The notes under the pieces were generated by a model. It was given only the letters and a program-made list of their open reading frames with translations, did no database searches and was not told the DNA's origin. Positions 30,217 through 38,516 of a DNA stretch of 42,559 nucleotides are shown here, piece by piece. Source of the stretch: a virus (Duplodnaviria; Heunggongvirae; Uroviricota; Caudoviricetes); IMG/VR virus record IMGVR_UViG_2872698443_000008. One strand, 5' to 3'. The position numbers and the translations under genes were made by a program. Numbering within the stretch: position 1 is the first letter of the stretch; each line of letters starts with the position of its first letter.

Positions 30217-30609
30217 TCAATCTTTAATTTCGGGGTCCATCTCTAGACTAATTTCCAGCATCGATAGGCAGCCATCAATAAACCCCTCAGCCATCTGTAT
30301 CTCAATGCGTATTAGTTTCTCATCCTTTTTACGAGCCTTGGCGAGCTTTCTTTTAGAGATACCGTATAGGTAATGGGCAACAAGAAGCGAATGTTCGTCC
30401 GGCCTTTTTTGCCTTAGACGAGCAAGACAACCTTCAATAATTAATGCATCACTATCTGAACATGCCTGACGTGTTTTGCTTGTATAGGGAAGAAGCCCTT
30501 TAAACCCAGCAGCTATAGGAGAATAGTCTACTCCTGAACTATCACTCGCCGCCCATGCTCCCCAACGATCCAGAACCATTTGAATATCACGCATCAACTT
30601 TCTCCACAA
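30217..30609 (-). CDS. Late-gene antiterminator Q (phage 82/21 type)
   Basis: MRDIQMVLDRWGAWAASDSSGVDYSPIAAGFKGLL... resembles Q-family N-termini; true start may be the Met 5 codons in. Confidence 0.7.
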   Translation of the reverse strand: MWRKLMRDIQMVLDRWGAWAASDSSGVDYSPIAAGFKGLLPYTSKTRQACSDSDALIIEGCLARLRQKRPDEHSLLVAHYLYGISKRKLAKARKKDEKLIRIEIQMAEGFIDGCLSMLEISLEMDPEIKD

Positions 30610-30611
30610 AA

Positions 30612-31607
30612 TCAGGCCAGCACGCCAATTGCCAGCGCACGATCGATAAAACGAAATATCAGCTCCAACTGAGAGCCATACTTTTCTTCAAATACCACGG
30701 TATCCGCATGCAGCTCGTCGTGATGCTTTCTGCACAAAGGCAGCACGAAGAGGTCATGCGCTTTTGTACCCATTCCACCCTGACCGTGGCCTATCAGGTG
30801 GTGGGGATCATCTGCAGGCTTTCCACAACATGCACACGGCTGCGTCTTAACCCAGCGCGTGTACTTTTCGTTAACCCAGCGGCGACGTTTGGGACGTAAC
30901 ATAAAAGACTCCGGCGACTCCGGATCCACTTTCAGCGCCAGCACCTTTTTCGCTTTATCCTGGATGATGCTGGTGGCAGGAACCGAAGGCACAAGGTCAC
31001 TTTCCCGGGTGACAGACGGCACAACAGGCTTCGGTAATCTCAGTGCCTTACGGGCTGCGCTTTCCGGTAAGGCATCCGCCAGGTCATTACGAACCAGCCA
31101 CCAGCACAGTTCCGGCATTGTCACAACGTGACTGTCATCAAAACCGAGATCCCGACGCACGACAGACAACACCCAGCGGGCACAGTTATCCGTTGCCATT
31201 GATTCCAGCCGTTCCGTGAATTGATCGCGCAGCTGGTTATCGCAGTGCCAGCACAGACGGATTGCGCCCGGAGCATGTCGCATTGTGGTCATGTTCTCGC
31301 TGTGCCAGCCGGAATGAGGCCACTGACAGCCTTTTTCACGAAGTAACCAGCTTTCAAGACATTCCACGCCACCAGCACGACGGATCACTGCCTCATTACG
31401 GAACACGGCCCGAACGGCAGGATCATCCGCCAGTGGTTGTGATGCCGCCGGAACGGCACCACTGGCAAAAGATGAATAACGTTCCGGCTCAGGCTCCAGC
31501 AGGACACGCCCCTGCATAAACAGGGGCATCAGCTCTGAACCAGGCCTGAATAATACGATCCCCATACGCGGGGCAATTTCAGGGGTCAGTAGTGCTCTCA
31601 CGGTCAC
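30612..31607 (-). CDS. Nin-region protein with C-terminal Cys/His HNH-like motif (DUF968-like)
   Basis: 331 aa, ...CACCGKPADDPHHLIGHGQGGMGTKAHDLFVLPLCRKHHDELH. Confidence 0.55.
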   Translation of the reverse strand: MTVRALLTPEIAPRMGIVLFRPGSELMPLFMQGRVLLEPEPERYSSFASGAVPAASQPLADDPAVRAVFRNEAVIRRAGGVECLESWLLREKGCQWPHSGWHSENMTTMRHAPGAIRLCWHCDNQLRDQFTERLESMATDNCARWVLSVVRRDLGFDDSHVVTMPELCWWLVRNDLADALPESAARKALRLPKPVVPSVTRESDLVPSVPATSIIQDKAKKVLALKVDPESPESFMLRPKRRRWVNEKYTRWVKTQPCACCGKPADDPHHLIGHGQGGMGTKAHDLFVLPLCRKHHDELHADTVVFEEKYGSQLELIFRFIDRALAIGVLA

Positions 31608-31608
31608 C

Positions 31609-32439
31609 TCAATGAACGGTATCGAGCAGCTTTAACAGCTCAGGGAATCGGGATTCGAAGAAATGCGGCTGCGTCTCGCGCGGATTTGCAGGACTGGTAA
31701 TGTTCTTGCCGAACATGCAGCCTTTCGCCGTCAGCGACCAGAATTTTTTGATGTTGTTAATCGCGGTACGGCTGTATCGTTCGCGTTGTTCAACGATCCC
31801 CAGCTTCGCCATCTGGTGATATGCCTGATTAGCTGTCAGGCGGATACCATACTGCCTCAGCAGTGCACTCAGTGACAGCGTGGGGCGGCTTGAGCCATCA
31901 GGCGCGTCAGCAGGAGCATCAATGGCATAGCGCGGTGCCAGATTCGGTAAGCCAACAGCCTCCTGGAGTTTCTGACAGGCACCAAGCACTGAAGAGTTAG
32001 ACAGGTTTAATTCCCGGCGCATAAAGTCCAGCAGAATCACACCAGCCTGCATCTTGTCAGCAGCCTGTCCGGATAATTTTTCCGGTGCGCTGGTTACCAT
32101 GTCGAAAGTACGGATCACCTTCAGATGGAATGACGGGCTGATCCACATTGCATAGGCATACACCAGTTCTTTGCAGACATACGTCCCCTGGTTATTTCCG
32201 CCACGAATAACGTTAACTGGCTCTATATTGACCGAGTTGCAAATCTGCAACTCGCTTATTAAACGTTCAGTTTGCTCATTGCGGAGCCAGAATGCAGGCT
32301 TATGCTTATCCAGAGAACCGGCAGCCCTGTGCAGATCGTTCAGGCTGTAACGTCCATAAGCATCACGACGAACTTCAATACCATCAATGACCATCAGATT
32401 ATTCATACTTCGTTTCTCCTCTTGATCAGGCGGCTGCAC
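31609..32439 (-). CDS. KilA-N domain antirepressor-like protein
   Basis: N-terminal ...LMVIDGIEVRRDAYGRYSLNDLHRAAG...; probable start at Met 12. Confidence 0.65.
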   Translation of the reverse strand: MQPPDQEEKRSMNNLMVIDGIEVRRDAYGRYSLNDLHRAAGSLDKHKPAFWLRNEQTERLISELQICNSVNIEPVNVIRGGNNQGTYVCKELVYAYAMWISPSFHLKVIRTFDMVTSAPEKLSGQAADKMQAGVILLDFMRRELNLSNSSVLGACQKLQEAVGLPNLAPRYAIDAPADAPDGSSRPTLSLSALLRQYGIRLTANQAYHQMAKLGIVEQRERYSRTAINNIKKFWSLTAKGCMFGKNITSPANPRETQPHFFESRFPELLKLLDTVH

Positions 32440-32815
32440 CCGCCGTTTTCTCGTACTTACTGATAGTGATCTCGACCTTCCCTTCCGGGATAACCGGTCC
32501 CCACTCCACCAGCATTCTTTTCACCTGGCTGTCGTCTTCCCACACACCCGCGTGGGTCAGGGCGTCAAACAGTGCCTTGTTATAGTTGTCCAGATCGCGG
32601 ATCCGGTTATCCGGAGGAAACAACACGATCTCCACTGAAGCAGGTGCCGACGTTGGTTTTGGCAGACGACGTAACTGCTCAACTATTGCTGCACACGCCG
32701 CGCTCTGAAATTTTCGCCCCGCCGCGCTTATCAGGCTCTTACCAGCAAATGCCCCTTTGTTGGGGTGTCGCCAGTACGTGTTCACGCTGGGCGGGAAAGG
32801 AAGGATCAACTTCAT
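32426..32815 (-). CDS. rusA: Holliday junction resolvase RusA
   Basis: 129 aa, MKLILPFPPSVNTYWRH...DLDNYNKALFDALTHAGVWEDDSQV..., RusA signature. Confidence 0.85.
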   Translation of the reverse strand: MKLILPFPPSVNTYWRHPNKGAFAGKSLISAAGRKFQSAACAAIVEQLRRLPKPTSAPASVEIVLFPPDNRIRDLDNYNKALFDALTHAGVWEDDSQVKRMLVEWGPVIPEGKVEITISKYEKTAGAAA

Positions 32816-33138
32816 ACTTTCAGGCCCCTCTCATGTAACCAGTGGGCTGCACGCAGCCTGGCGTTTTCCTCACCGGCAAGCAGTGAGCGGATAATCCCGA
32901 CCGCCTCGCTGTCGTCGTCCTTCACCGCGGTATGAAGCGTGATGCCCCGGGCCACGCCACGCTTTATCGTGATGACGCCTTTTTTCTCCAGTGCGCGAAG
33001 ATGCTCCACCGCTGCATTCACTGAACGGTATCCCAGCATGGTTGCCACCTCCTGATTGGTTGGCGGGAAGCCACGTTCTTTCTGATAAGAAATCAGCATA
33101 TCCAGCACCTGCTGCTGGCATTGAGTTAACGTCGTCAT
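32812..33138 (-). CDS. LexA-type DNA-binding domain protein (no peptidase domain)
   Basis: 108 aa, ...QQQVLDMLISYQKERGFPPTNQEVATMLGYRSVNAAVEHLRALEKKGVI... Confidence 0.6.
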   Translation of the reverse strand: MTTLTQCQQQVLDMLISYQKERGFPPTNQEVATMLGYRSVNAAVEHLRALEKKGVITIKRGVARGITLHTAVKDDDSEAVGIIRSLLAGEENARLRAAHWLHERGLKV

Positions 33139-33788
33139 GCCGCCATCTCCCTGACCAGTTTTTCTGCCTGCTGGCGAACCTGCGCCAGAAAGGCCTCACC
33201 ACATGCCTCAAGTTCATCGCGCCCGATGTAGCTGATTGCCGGTCCCTTCCAGGTCTTGTCGAAAACAGCAATAGCACCAGCGAAGAAAGCGCCTGTCGGC
33301 ACCTGCTTCTCATCCTTCGGGATAAACCAGGCAGGCAGTTCAAAACCAATACGCCCGCGAATAAAAGCAATATGATCTGCATCTTCCGGCCACCACACTT
33401 CGCTGGTGGCAGCTTTGATCAGGAAAACATAGCGCCCGCCTTTATCACGCATGGCACTGGCATGCTTCATGATGTAACGCATGCCGGTGATGTATTGCCC
33501 CTCATGCTGACTGGCGCGGCTGTATGGGGGATTACCAAAGGCAGCACCTTTAAGCTCCGCAAGGCGTTCTGACCAGTCATGCGCCAGCGCGTTGTCTTCC
33601 GCCGTGTAATACGCAGCACATTTGGCGTTATCACCGTCAGTGAACAGATCCAGAACAAACGGGCCAAACAGGGTGTTAATTCCCCAGAAAATGTTGTCCG
33701 GCGTGCGCCACTGATCGCCCACTTCCTTCAGTTCATGGGCTGGTTTGTTCCGCAGTTCCGCCAGCGCCTGGCAATATTTATTACTCAT
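33135..33788 (-). CDS. Phage Dam-like N6-adenine DNA methyltransferase
   Basis: NPPY motif (...AAFGNPPYSRA...); start taken at MSNKYCQ. Confidence 0.85.
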   Translation of the reverse strand: MSNKYCQALAELRNKPAHELKEVGDQWRTPDNIFWGINTLFGPFVLDLFTDGDNAKCAAYYTAEDNALAHDWSERLAELKGAAFGNPPYSRASQHEGQYITGMRYIMKHASAMRDKGGRYVFLIKAATSEVWWPEDADHIAFIRGRIGFELPAWFIPKDEKQVPTGAFFAGAIAVFDKTWKGPAISYIGRDELEACGEAFLAQVRQQAEKLVREMAA

Positions 33789-34282
33789 TAAGCCCCCACG
33801 TAATTCCCTGAGAGATACCACTCTTCACCTGATGCAGCCTGCTTACTGCTTTTCCGTAAACACCGTTCACGACGCGCCAGAAAATTGTTTCGTTCTGGCT
33901 GGGAGTGGCTTTCACGGAATGCCGCCATCCACACGGTTGCAGCACGACGGTATAAGCCCCTGGACTCCAGTTCTTCAGCCTGGCGGGTCAGGCACAAAAT
34001 CACCTGGGGATCGTTAGTGCCGACATAGAAATTGCGCACAGGTCTGGTTTCTCGAACTGGTTGTGGTTCCGGTTCCTGCGCTCTCTCAGTCAGGCGCGGG
34101 AAATGTCTGCGTGTATCTCCTTCACAACGGTGAGCCACACGCCCACTCTGACGTAACTTGCTTGCTGACTGCAGAACGCGCTGCCGTGAGTAACCTGCAA
34201 AAGCATCCGCAATGTCTCCGGAAGTACATCCCGGATGGGCTTCAATGAATTTCTGAACTTCATTCAAAAGACTCATGATCAC
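33788..34282 (-). CDS. Hypothetical protein (C-terminal region loosely PerC-like)
   Basis: 164 aa; ...AEELESRGLYRRAATVWMAAFRES... Confidence 0.35.
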   Translation of the reverse strand: MIMSLLNEVQKFIEAHPGCTSGDIADAFAGYSRQRVLQSASKLRQSGRVAHRCEGDTRRHFPRLTERAQEPEPQPVRETRPVRNFYVGTNDPQVILCLTRQAEELESRGLYRRAATVWMAAFRESHSQPERNNFLARRERCLRKSSKQAASGEEWYLSGNYVGA

Positions 34283-35220
34283 CCCCTGAATCCTGCCGGG
34301 ATCTGGCTGTAGTCCACGTTGTCGTAACTGGATTTGAAGTACGGGTCTTCGCGTTTTTCGGTGTACGTGCTAACGGACGGTGATAAGCGCAGGGAAAGCT
34401 CATCCCATTTTTCCCGCAACTTCGACGGGCTGAGCACGTTACGGCACCAGAACGGATCGCGGCTGACGCGGCTGTACATCTCGCAGATTTGTTTGTGAGT
34501 ACGACCATCCTGCACACACATCAGGCGAATTTCGTTTGCCCAGGCTGTCCAGTTCGGTTCTTTGGGACGAACCACCTCGCCGTCACATTCGGCGGCTTGC
34601 TCGTACAGGGCGATGATTTTTTTCCAGAGCCACTGTGCGCAGGTCAAATCATCCTGCGTTCCCCACTGGCGCTTTTTAGGGCTGAATACAACCGCATCAG
34701 GATGGCGAGTTAAAAAATCCTGTTCATCCGTCTGCGTGTCCGGTTGCGAAGCGTCCGGACGAGAAGGTTTTTTATCTGACGGATCATGTTTTGATTTTAC
34801 TGACGGATCCCCGCCAGATTCTGACGGGTGAAAACCCGCTTTTTTGCCAGATTTCGACGCATCAAATTTTGACGGGTCAGATTTTGATGCGTCAGATTTT
34901 GACGGGTCAGAATCTGACAGTTGAGAAAATGCCGCTGCCTGAAGCTTCGCAACGTTAAGCTGATAAACATTCGACGCATTGCGGTTACCCTGGCGACGCG
35001 CCTTACGCGTTAACCAGCCTTCTGCTTCCAGCCGTGCGATAGCCGTTCTGACGGTACTCATTCCCGCGCCAATCTGGCGGGCAATGGTTTCAATTGATGG
35101 CCAGCACACACCTTCGTCATTACTGAAATCAGCCAGGCGGGCCATAATTGCCACGCTGGATAATTTCATGCCTGATGCAGCGCAACCATCCCATACATAG
35201 CCGGTTAATTTAGTGCTCAT
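34279..35220 (-). CDS. Replication initiator (lambda O-like: N-terminal HTH, iterons inside gene)
   Basis: 313 aa; N-terminal HTH ...WPSIETIARQIGAGMSTVRTAIARLEAEGWL...; internal Ser/Asp/Lys repeats encoded by the iteron array. Confidence 0.7.
   Translation of the reverse strand: MSTKLTGYVWDGCAASGMKLSSVAIMARLADFSNDEGVCWPSIETIARQIGAGMSTVRTAIARLEAEGWLTRKARRQGNRNASNVYQLNVAKLQAAAFSQLSDSDPSKSDASKSDPSKFDASKSGKKAGFHPSESGGDPSVKSKHDPSDKKPSRPDASQPDTQTDEQDFLTRHPDAVVFSPKKRQWGTQDDLTCAQWLWKKIIALYEQAAECDGEVVRPKEPNWTAWANEIRLMCVQDGRTHKQICEMYSRVSRDPFWCRNVLSPSKLREKWDELSLRLSPSVSTYTEKREDPYFKSSYDNVDYSQIPAGFRG
34780..34920. repeat. Iteron array (candidate replication origin) inside the initiator gene
   Basis: About eight tandem copies of a 12-14 bp unit, e.g. 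cagattttgacggg, cagattttgatgcg, aaattttgacggg, gattctgacggg. Confidence 0.55.
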
Positions 35221-35229
35221 GACCGACCT

Positions 35230-35568
35230 CTATTTCCCTGAATTTACGACGAAACTGTTCGAGCGGGCTGAAGCACTCATGCTCATAACCTTCGCGGAGG
35301 TAGATAACCCGTTGTGTTTCCGGCTCCCAACGAATGACTCTGACGGGCACTCCGTAGTGATCTTTGAACCAGCGGTTAACTTGTCGCAAAGGACTGTCTC
35401 CTTCTGCCGGTTGAAATCACCCACAGCCCACTCTGCAAAGCTGTGGGTTACAATTTCCCTGTCACCTGGTACATTTACTGCATAGCAATACTCCACCTTC
35501 GCTTTTCCACCCGGTACAGGAAGCGCAATCAGTTGCGAGCGACGGTAGTGTGTTGTTAAACTGTTCAT
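35230..35568 (-). CDS. Hypothetical protein
   Basis: 112 aa ORF translationally coupled to flanking genes. Confidence 0.4.
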   Translation of the reverse strand: MNSLTTHYRRSQLIALPVPGGKAKVEYCYAVNVPGDREIVTHSFAEWAVGDFNRQKETVLCDKLTAGSKITTECPSESFVGSRKHNGLSTSAKVMSMSASARSNSFVVNSGK

Positions 35569-36128
35569 GCGTTAGTTTCTCCACAGTCACGACACGCCAC
35601 GGCGCCCGGAGCTGCACACTCGCGGGCGTCATTACTTTCTGAAATGCAAAAAATTTTGTAGACCAGTGCTGCATGCTCCTGCAGCTTCGAAATTGAGAGG
35701 TACAGCTCGTCGTTAATTGCTGTCTTCTCATGCGGTTCCACTACACCGTCTTCAATTGCTGAACGAATCTGTTTTGAATAACTGCCGATCTGTTCAATGA
35801 CTTCCAGCAGGCGCTGGTTAATATCGGCGTTGTCCACATCCTCGACGTCAGGAAGAGACACAAAGACGCCATTTGCAGACTGCGCCACAGCGTCAGCAAT
35901 GAAGTGAGTTCCACCAGCACGTTGCAAAATCATTGCCCATCCCAGCGGGAAAATCTGATCGCCATCGGCACGAAGGCGGTTAAATAATGCGTTCTCTGTT
36001 ACATCCAGCCAGTCAGCTGCTTCAGCGTAACCACCCGGCAACTTTGCGATAGTTTTTCTGACAGCTTTCACGTACCACTCAGGCTGTTTTTCTACTTTCC
36101 AGTGATGCTTACCCACGGTTAGCCTCAT
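35565..36128 (-). CDS. CII-position protein, tentatively YdaT-like
   Basis: 187 aa immediately downstream of the Cro/YdaS-like gene; assignment by position and loose resemblance only. Confidence 0.45.
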   Translation of the reverse strand: MRLTVGKHHWKVEKQPEWYVKAVRKTIAKLPGGYAEAADWLDVTENALFNRLRADGDQIFPLGWAMILQRAGGTHFIADAVAQSANGVFVSLPDVEDVDNADINQRLLEVIEQIGSYSKQIRSAIEDGVVEPHEKTAINDELYLSISKLQEHAALVYKIFCISESNDARECAAPGAVACRDCGETNA

Positions 36129-36159
36129 CGTTCTGTGGTTAAAAATTGAAAGTGTTCTG

Positions 36160-36360
36160 CTAATCTTTCGGATAGATATCCGGTCTTAAGTCAGATTTCG
36201 TAATTGCACCTGACGTGCATTGCTCAAGTTTTTTAGCCAGCACAAAACTGGCTTTTTTATAGCCATTGAAAACCAGCCGTAAGTAGCCAGGTGTTGAGCC
36301 AACTTTTCCGGCCAACTCGCCCTGCTGTTCTTTGGTTAAAGAGTCCCAATACGCTTTCAT
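36160..36360 (-). CDS. Cro/YdaS-like HTH regulator
   Basis: 66 aa from internal ATG at 36360, MKAYWDSLTKEQQGELAGKVGSTPGYLRLVFNG...ITKSDLRPDI; divergent from the repressor gene. Confidence 0.7.
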   Translation of the reverse strand: MKAYWDSLTKEQQGELAGKVGSTPGYLRLVFNGYKKASFVLAKKLEQCTSGAITKSDLRPDIYPKD

Positions 36361-36363
36361 ACA

Positions 36364-36435
36364 ATATGTACCTCCGGTGTACATATTACATGATTGAAAT
36401 GAACCTTCAAGATACTTGTACCTTAACGGTACAAG
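36364..36435. promoter_or_regulatory. Operator region between the divergent cro-like and cI-like genes
   Basis: Two palindromes with GTAC cores: ATATGTAC-ctccggt-GTACATAT (36364-36386) and CTTGTACC-ttaac-GGTACAAG (36415-36435). Confidence 0.55.
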
Positions 36436-36450
36436 GGTTTTAATTTCGTT

Positions 36451-37125
36451 ATGAAAACAATCCATGACATCCGGCGGTCTAACGCCAGAAAACTGAGAGA
36501 TGGTGTTGGCGGGAATTCTTCCTTTGCCACTATGATTGATCGCGAGCCAACCCAGACCAGCAGGTTTATGGGAGATGGTGCTACTAAAAATATCGGTGAC
36601 AGCATGGCACGACACATCGAAAAATGTTTCGACCTGCCTGTCGGATGGCTCGATCAAGAACACCAGACAACGAACATCACAAAAAAACCTGATGTTTCAA
36701 TCACTAATAAACAAATCACATTAGTCCCTGTCATATCATGGGTACAGGCCGGAGCATGGAAAGAAGTTGGATATTCTGAGGTTGATTTGAGCACAGCAGA
36801 AACGTATCCCTGCCCTGTACCCTGTGGGGAAATGACTTATATCTTGCGGGTGATAGGTGATTCAATGATTGATGAGTACCGCCCGGGAGACATGATTTTT
36901 GTCGATCCTGAAGTACCTGCCTGCCACGGTGACGACGTTATTGCATTGATGCACGATACAGGCGAAACCACCTTCAAAAGGTTGATAGAAGATGGGACAC
37001 AGCGTTATCTCAAAGCGTTAAACCCAAACTGGCCTGAGCCTTACATTAAGATCAACGGTAATTGCTCTATAATTGGTACAGTGATTTTCTCAGGAAAACC
37101 AAGAAGATACAAAATCAAAGCCTAA
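36451..37125 (+). CDS. CI-like repressor with S24 (LexA-type) autocleavage domain
   Basis: 224 aa; C-terminal ...RVIGDSMIDEYRPGDMIFVD...TTFKRL... (Ser/Lys dyad context). Confidence 0.8.
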   Translation: MKTIHDIRRSNARKLRDGVGGNSSFATMIDREPTQTSRFMGDGATKNIGDSMARHIEKCFDLPVGWLDQEHQTTNITKKPDVSITNKQITLVPVISWVQAGAWKEVGYSEVDLSTAETYPCPVPCGEMTYILRVIGDSMIDEYRPGDMIFVDPEVPACHGDDVIALMHDTGETTFKRLIEDGTQRYLKALNPNWPEPYIKINGNCSIIGTVIFSGKPRRYKIKA

Positions 37126-37139
37126 TCAATGTTTATGAA

Positions 37140-37160
37140 CCTGCTTCGGCAGGTTTTTTT
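37140..37160 (+). terminator. Intrinsic terminator after the repressor gene
   Basis: CCTGC-TTCG-GCAGG followed by TTTTTTT. Confidence 0.7.
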
Positions 37161-37164
37161 ATAC

Positions 37165-37197
37165 TTGACAATGTACCTTTGAGATACATAATGTACC
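37165..37197 (+). promoter_or_regulatory. PL-like promoter with operator-like repeats
   Basis: TTGACA (37165-37170), 17-nt spacer, ATAATG; two copies of AATGTACC overlapping, sharing the GTAC core of the 36364-36435 palindromes. Confidence 0.5.
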
Positions 37198-37296
37198 CAA
37201 GCGAAACAACGAACAGGCAGGACGCCCACGAAGTAGCCGCCTGGGGCATATGAAGTCCAGGATGATTCGTTAGCAACAAAAAAGCGCCCTACAGGA

Positions 37297-37314
37297 CGCT
37301 TAGCTCTTTAACAA
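37297..37314 (+). promoter_or_regulatory. boxA-like antitermination motif in the early-left leader
   Basis: cgcttaGCTCTTTAACAA matches the boxA consensus (GCTCTTTAACAA as in rrn boxA; CGCTCTT in lambda nut). Confidence 0.35.
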
Positions 37315-37359
37315 TCTGGTCCCCATCAACAAGTAACTGATAACTTGAGGAGGTGTGAA

Positions 37360-37566
37360 ATGCACAAAACAGAACCCAAAATCGTCGCGCCTGGCTACAC
37401 AGATGAGGAAATTTATGAGTGGATGACAAAGAAGCTGGCAGCTATAAACCAGCTTCGTGAAGTGCTGTCTTATCGACAGGAAACAATAGACTCCTTAAAA
37501 AAACTGGATCAGGAAATCACAGTTTTATCACAGGATGTTACTTTAGATATTGTGCAGACAAATTAG
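37360..37566 (+). CDS. Small hypothetical early protein (68 aa)
   Basis: ATG at 37360 preceded by GAGGAGG (37347-37353); first ORF after the PL-like promoter. Confidence 0.5.
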   Translation: MHKTEPKIVAPGYTDEEIYEWMTKKLAAINQLREVLSYRQETIDSLKKLDQEITVLSQDVTLDIVQTN

Positions 37567-37972
37567 GATCCCATTCATTTTCGTCAAAATTATCAAAGTG
37601 ATGAATTTGTGATCTCCAGTCTCGATAATCTAAAAATTTCTGGGCGGTTACGCTTATTTTATCAAGTGTGAGTTCATCCTGAATTGAAAGAAGAAGTTCA
37701 TCAAATTTCATCTCATTAATCTGTTTTGGCATCCAGTGATGCTTCATCAGAATAAGGTGAACCAGAGCCTTTTTCCCATTCAACTGATTATAGGGAGTGC
37801 CGAATTTCTTCCGGTGCTCATGTAAGACAAGGTCCAGAAGAGTAAGTAATGTTGCCCTTGATTCAACTTTGCTTATTTCGACTGATGACACTACCCCACT
37901 GATTTCAATGCCCCGATACTTTCCAACATTTTCACAGTGGGATTTGTACAGCGTGTAGATATTACCGGACAT
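37538..37972 (-). CDS. Low-GC hypothetical protein transcribed against the early-left operon
   Basis: 144 aa ORF, AT-rich, AAAGGA before ATG; direct repeats immediately upstream. Confidence 0.55.
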   Translation of the reverse strand: MSGNIYTLYKSHCENVGKYRGIEISGVVSSVEISKVESRATLLTLLDLVLHEHRKKFGTPYNQLNGKKALVHLILMKHHWMPKQINEMKFDELLLSIQDELTLDKISVTAQKFLDYRDWRSQIHHFDNFDENEWDPNLSAQYLK

Positions 37973-37987
37973 TTCTTTTCCTTTTGC

Positions 37988-38039
37988 GTTGTTGGGGATA
38001 ACCAGATTAACCGAATCCTTGTTGTTGGGGAATAACCAG
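37988..38039. repeat. Two direct repeats upstream of the antisense gene
   Basis: gttgttggggataaccag (37988-38005) and gttgttggggaataaccag (38021-38039). Confidence 0.6.
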
Positions 38040-38099
38040 GTCCACCTCGCCTGATGTGGCTAAAAGCAGGCACATAACAGCTAAGTATTTTTAACCAGA

Positions 38100-38470
38100 G
38101 AGAATCCTTAGCGTTGTGGTGAATGCGGCTCAGCGCACGCGGGTTAAGGTTGAGGCTGACAGTCGACCTTCTGTGGATACCCACCCGTCTGGTGTGCAAC
38201 CTTCGCCAGGCACCGGGAGGCACCCGGCACCACAACTTTATGCTGTGTGTAGTCCTGGAGGTACCAGTTTGTACCCTTGCTTCCGGCTGGTACCGTCCTT
38301 TTTACAAAACAGAGAAGAGCATCACCGGACGACGGGCTCATAACCCAATCCATCCGGGCGGCTGCCACCGCAGGTGTTCTTCTCTGTTTTGTGGAGAAAC
38401 TAACCGCCCCTACGGGGGCATTCATGGAAATGTAATTGACTCAATAATCGCCGGACGGTGAGGGCTTCCT
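38100..38470 (+). other. GC-rich non-coding region with nested inverted repeats (candidate structured RNA)
   Basis: No protein-like ORF on any strand. TTGTGGTG (38114-38121) pairs with CACCACAA (38228-38235); AAGGTTG/CAACCTT nested inside; AAAACAGAGAAGAG (38301-38314) pairs with CTTCTCTGTTTT (38377-38390). Confidence 0.3.
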
Positions 38471-38516
38471 TTTACCCGAATTCAGCGCGGTGCAGCGCAT
38501 ATACGTGGAGAACAAA

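Noticed and set aside
38123-38461. Overlapping ORFs 38123-38461 (+), 37891-38235 (-) and 38144-38425 (-)
   Set aside because: Mutually overlapping frames in GC-rich DNA with Arg/Pro/Cys-rich, non-protein-like translations; attributed to GC bias rather than coding.
38100-38470. Retron msr/msd interpretation of the GC-rich structured block
   Set aside because: No reverse-transcriptase gene adjacent (the downstream gene is an HD-domain hydrolase) and no clear a1/a2 repeat geometry; kept only as a generic structured-RNA candidate.
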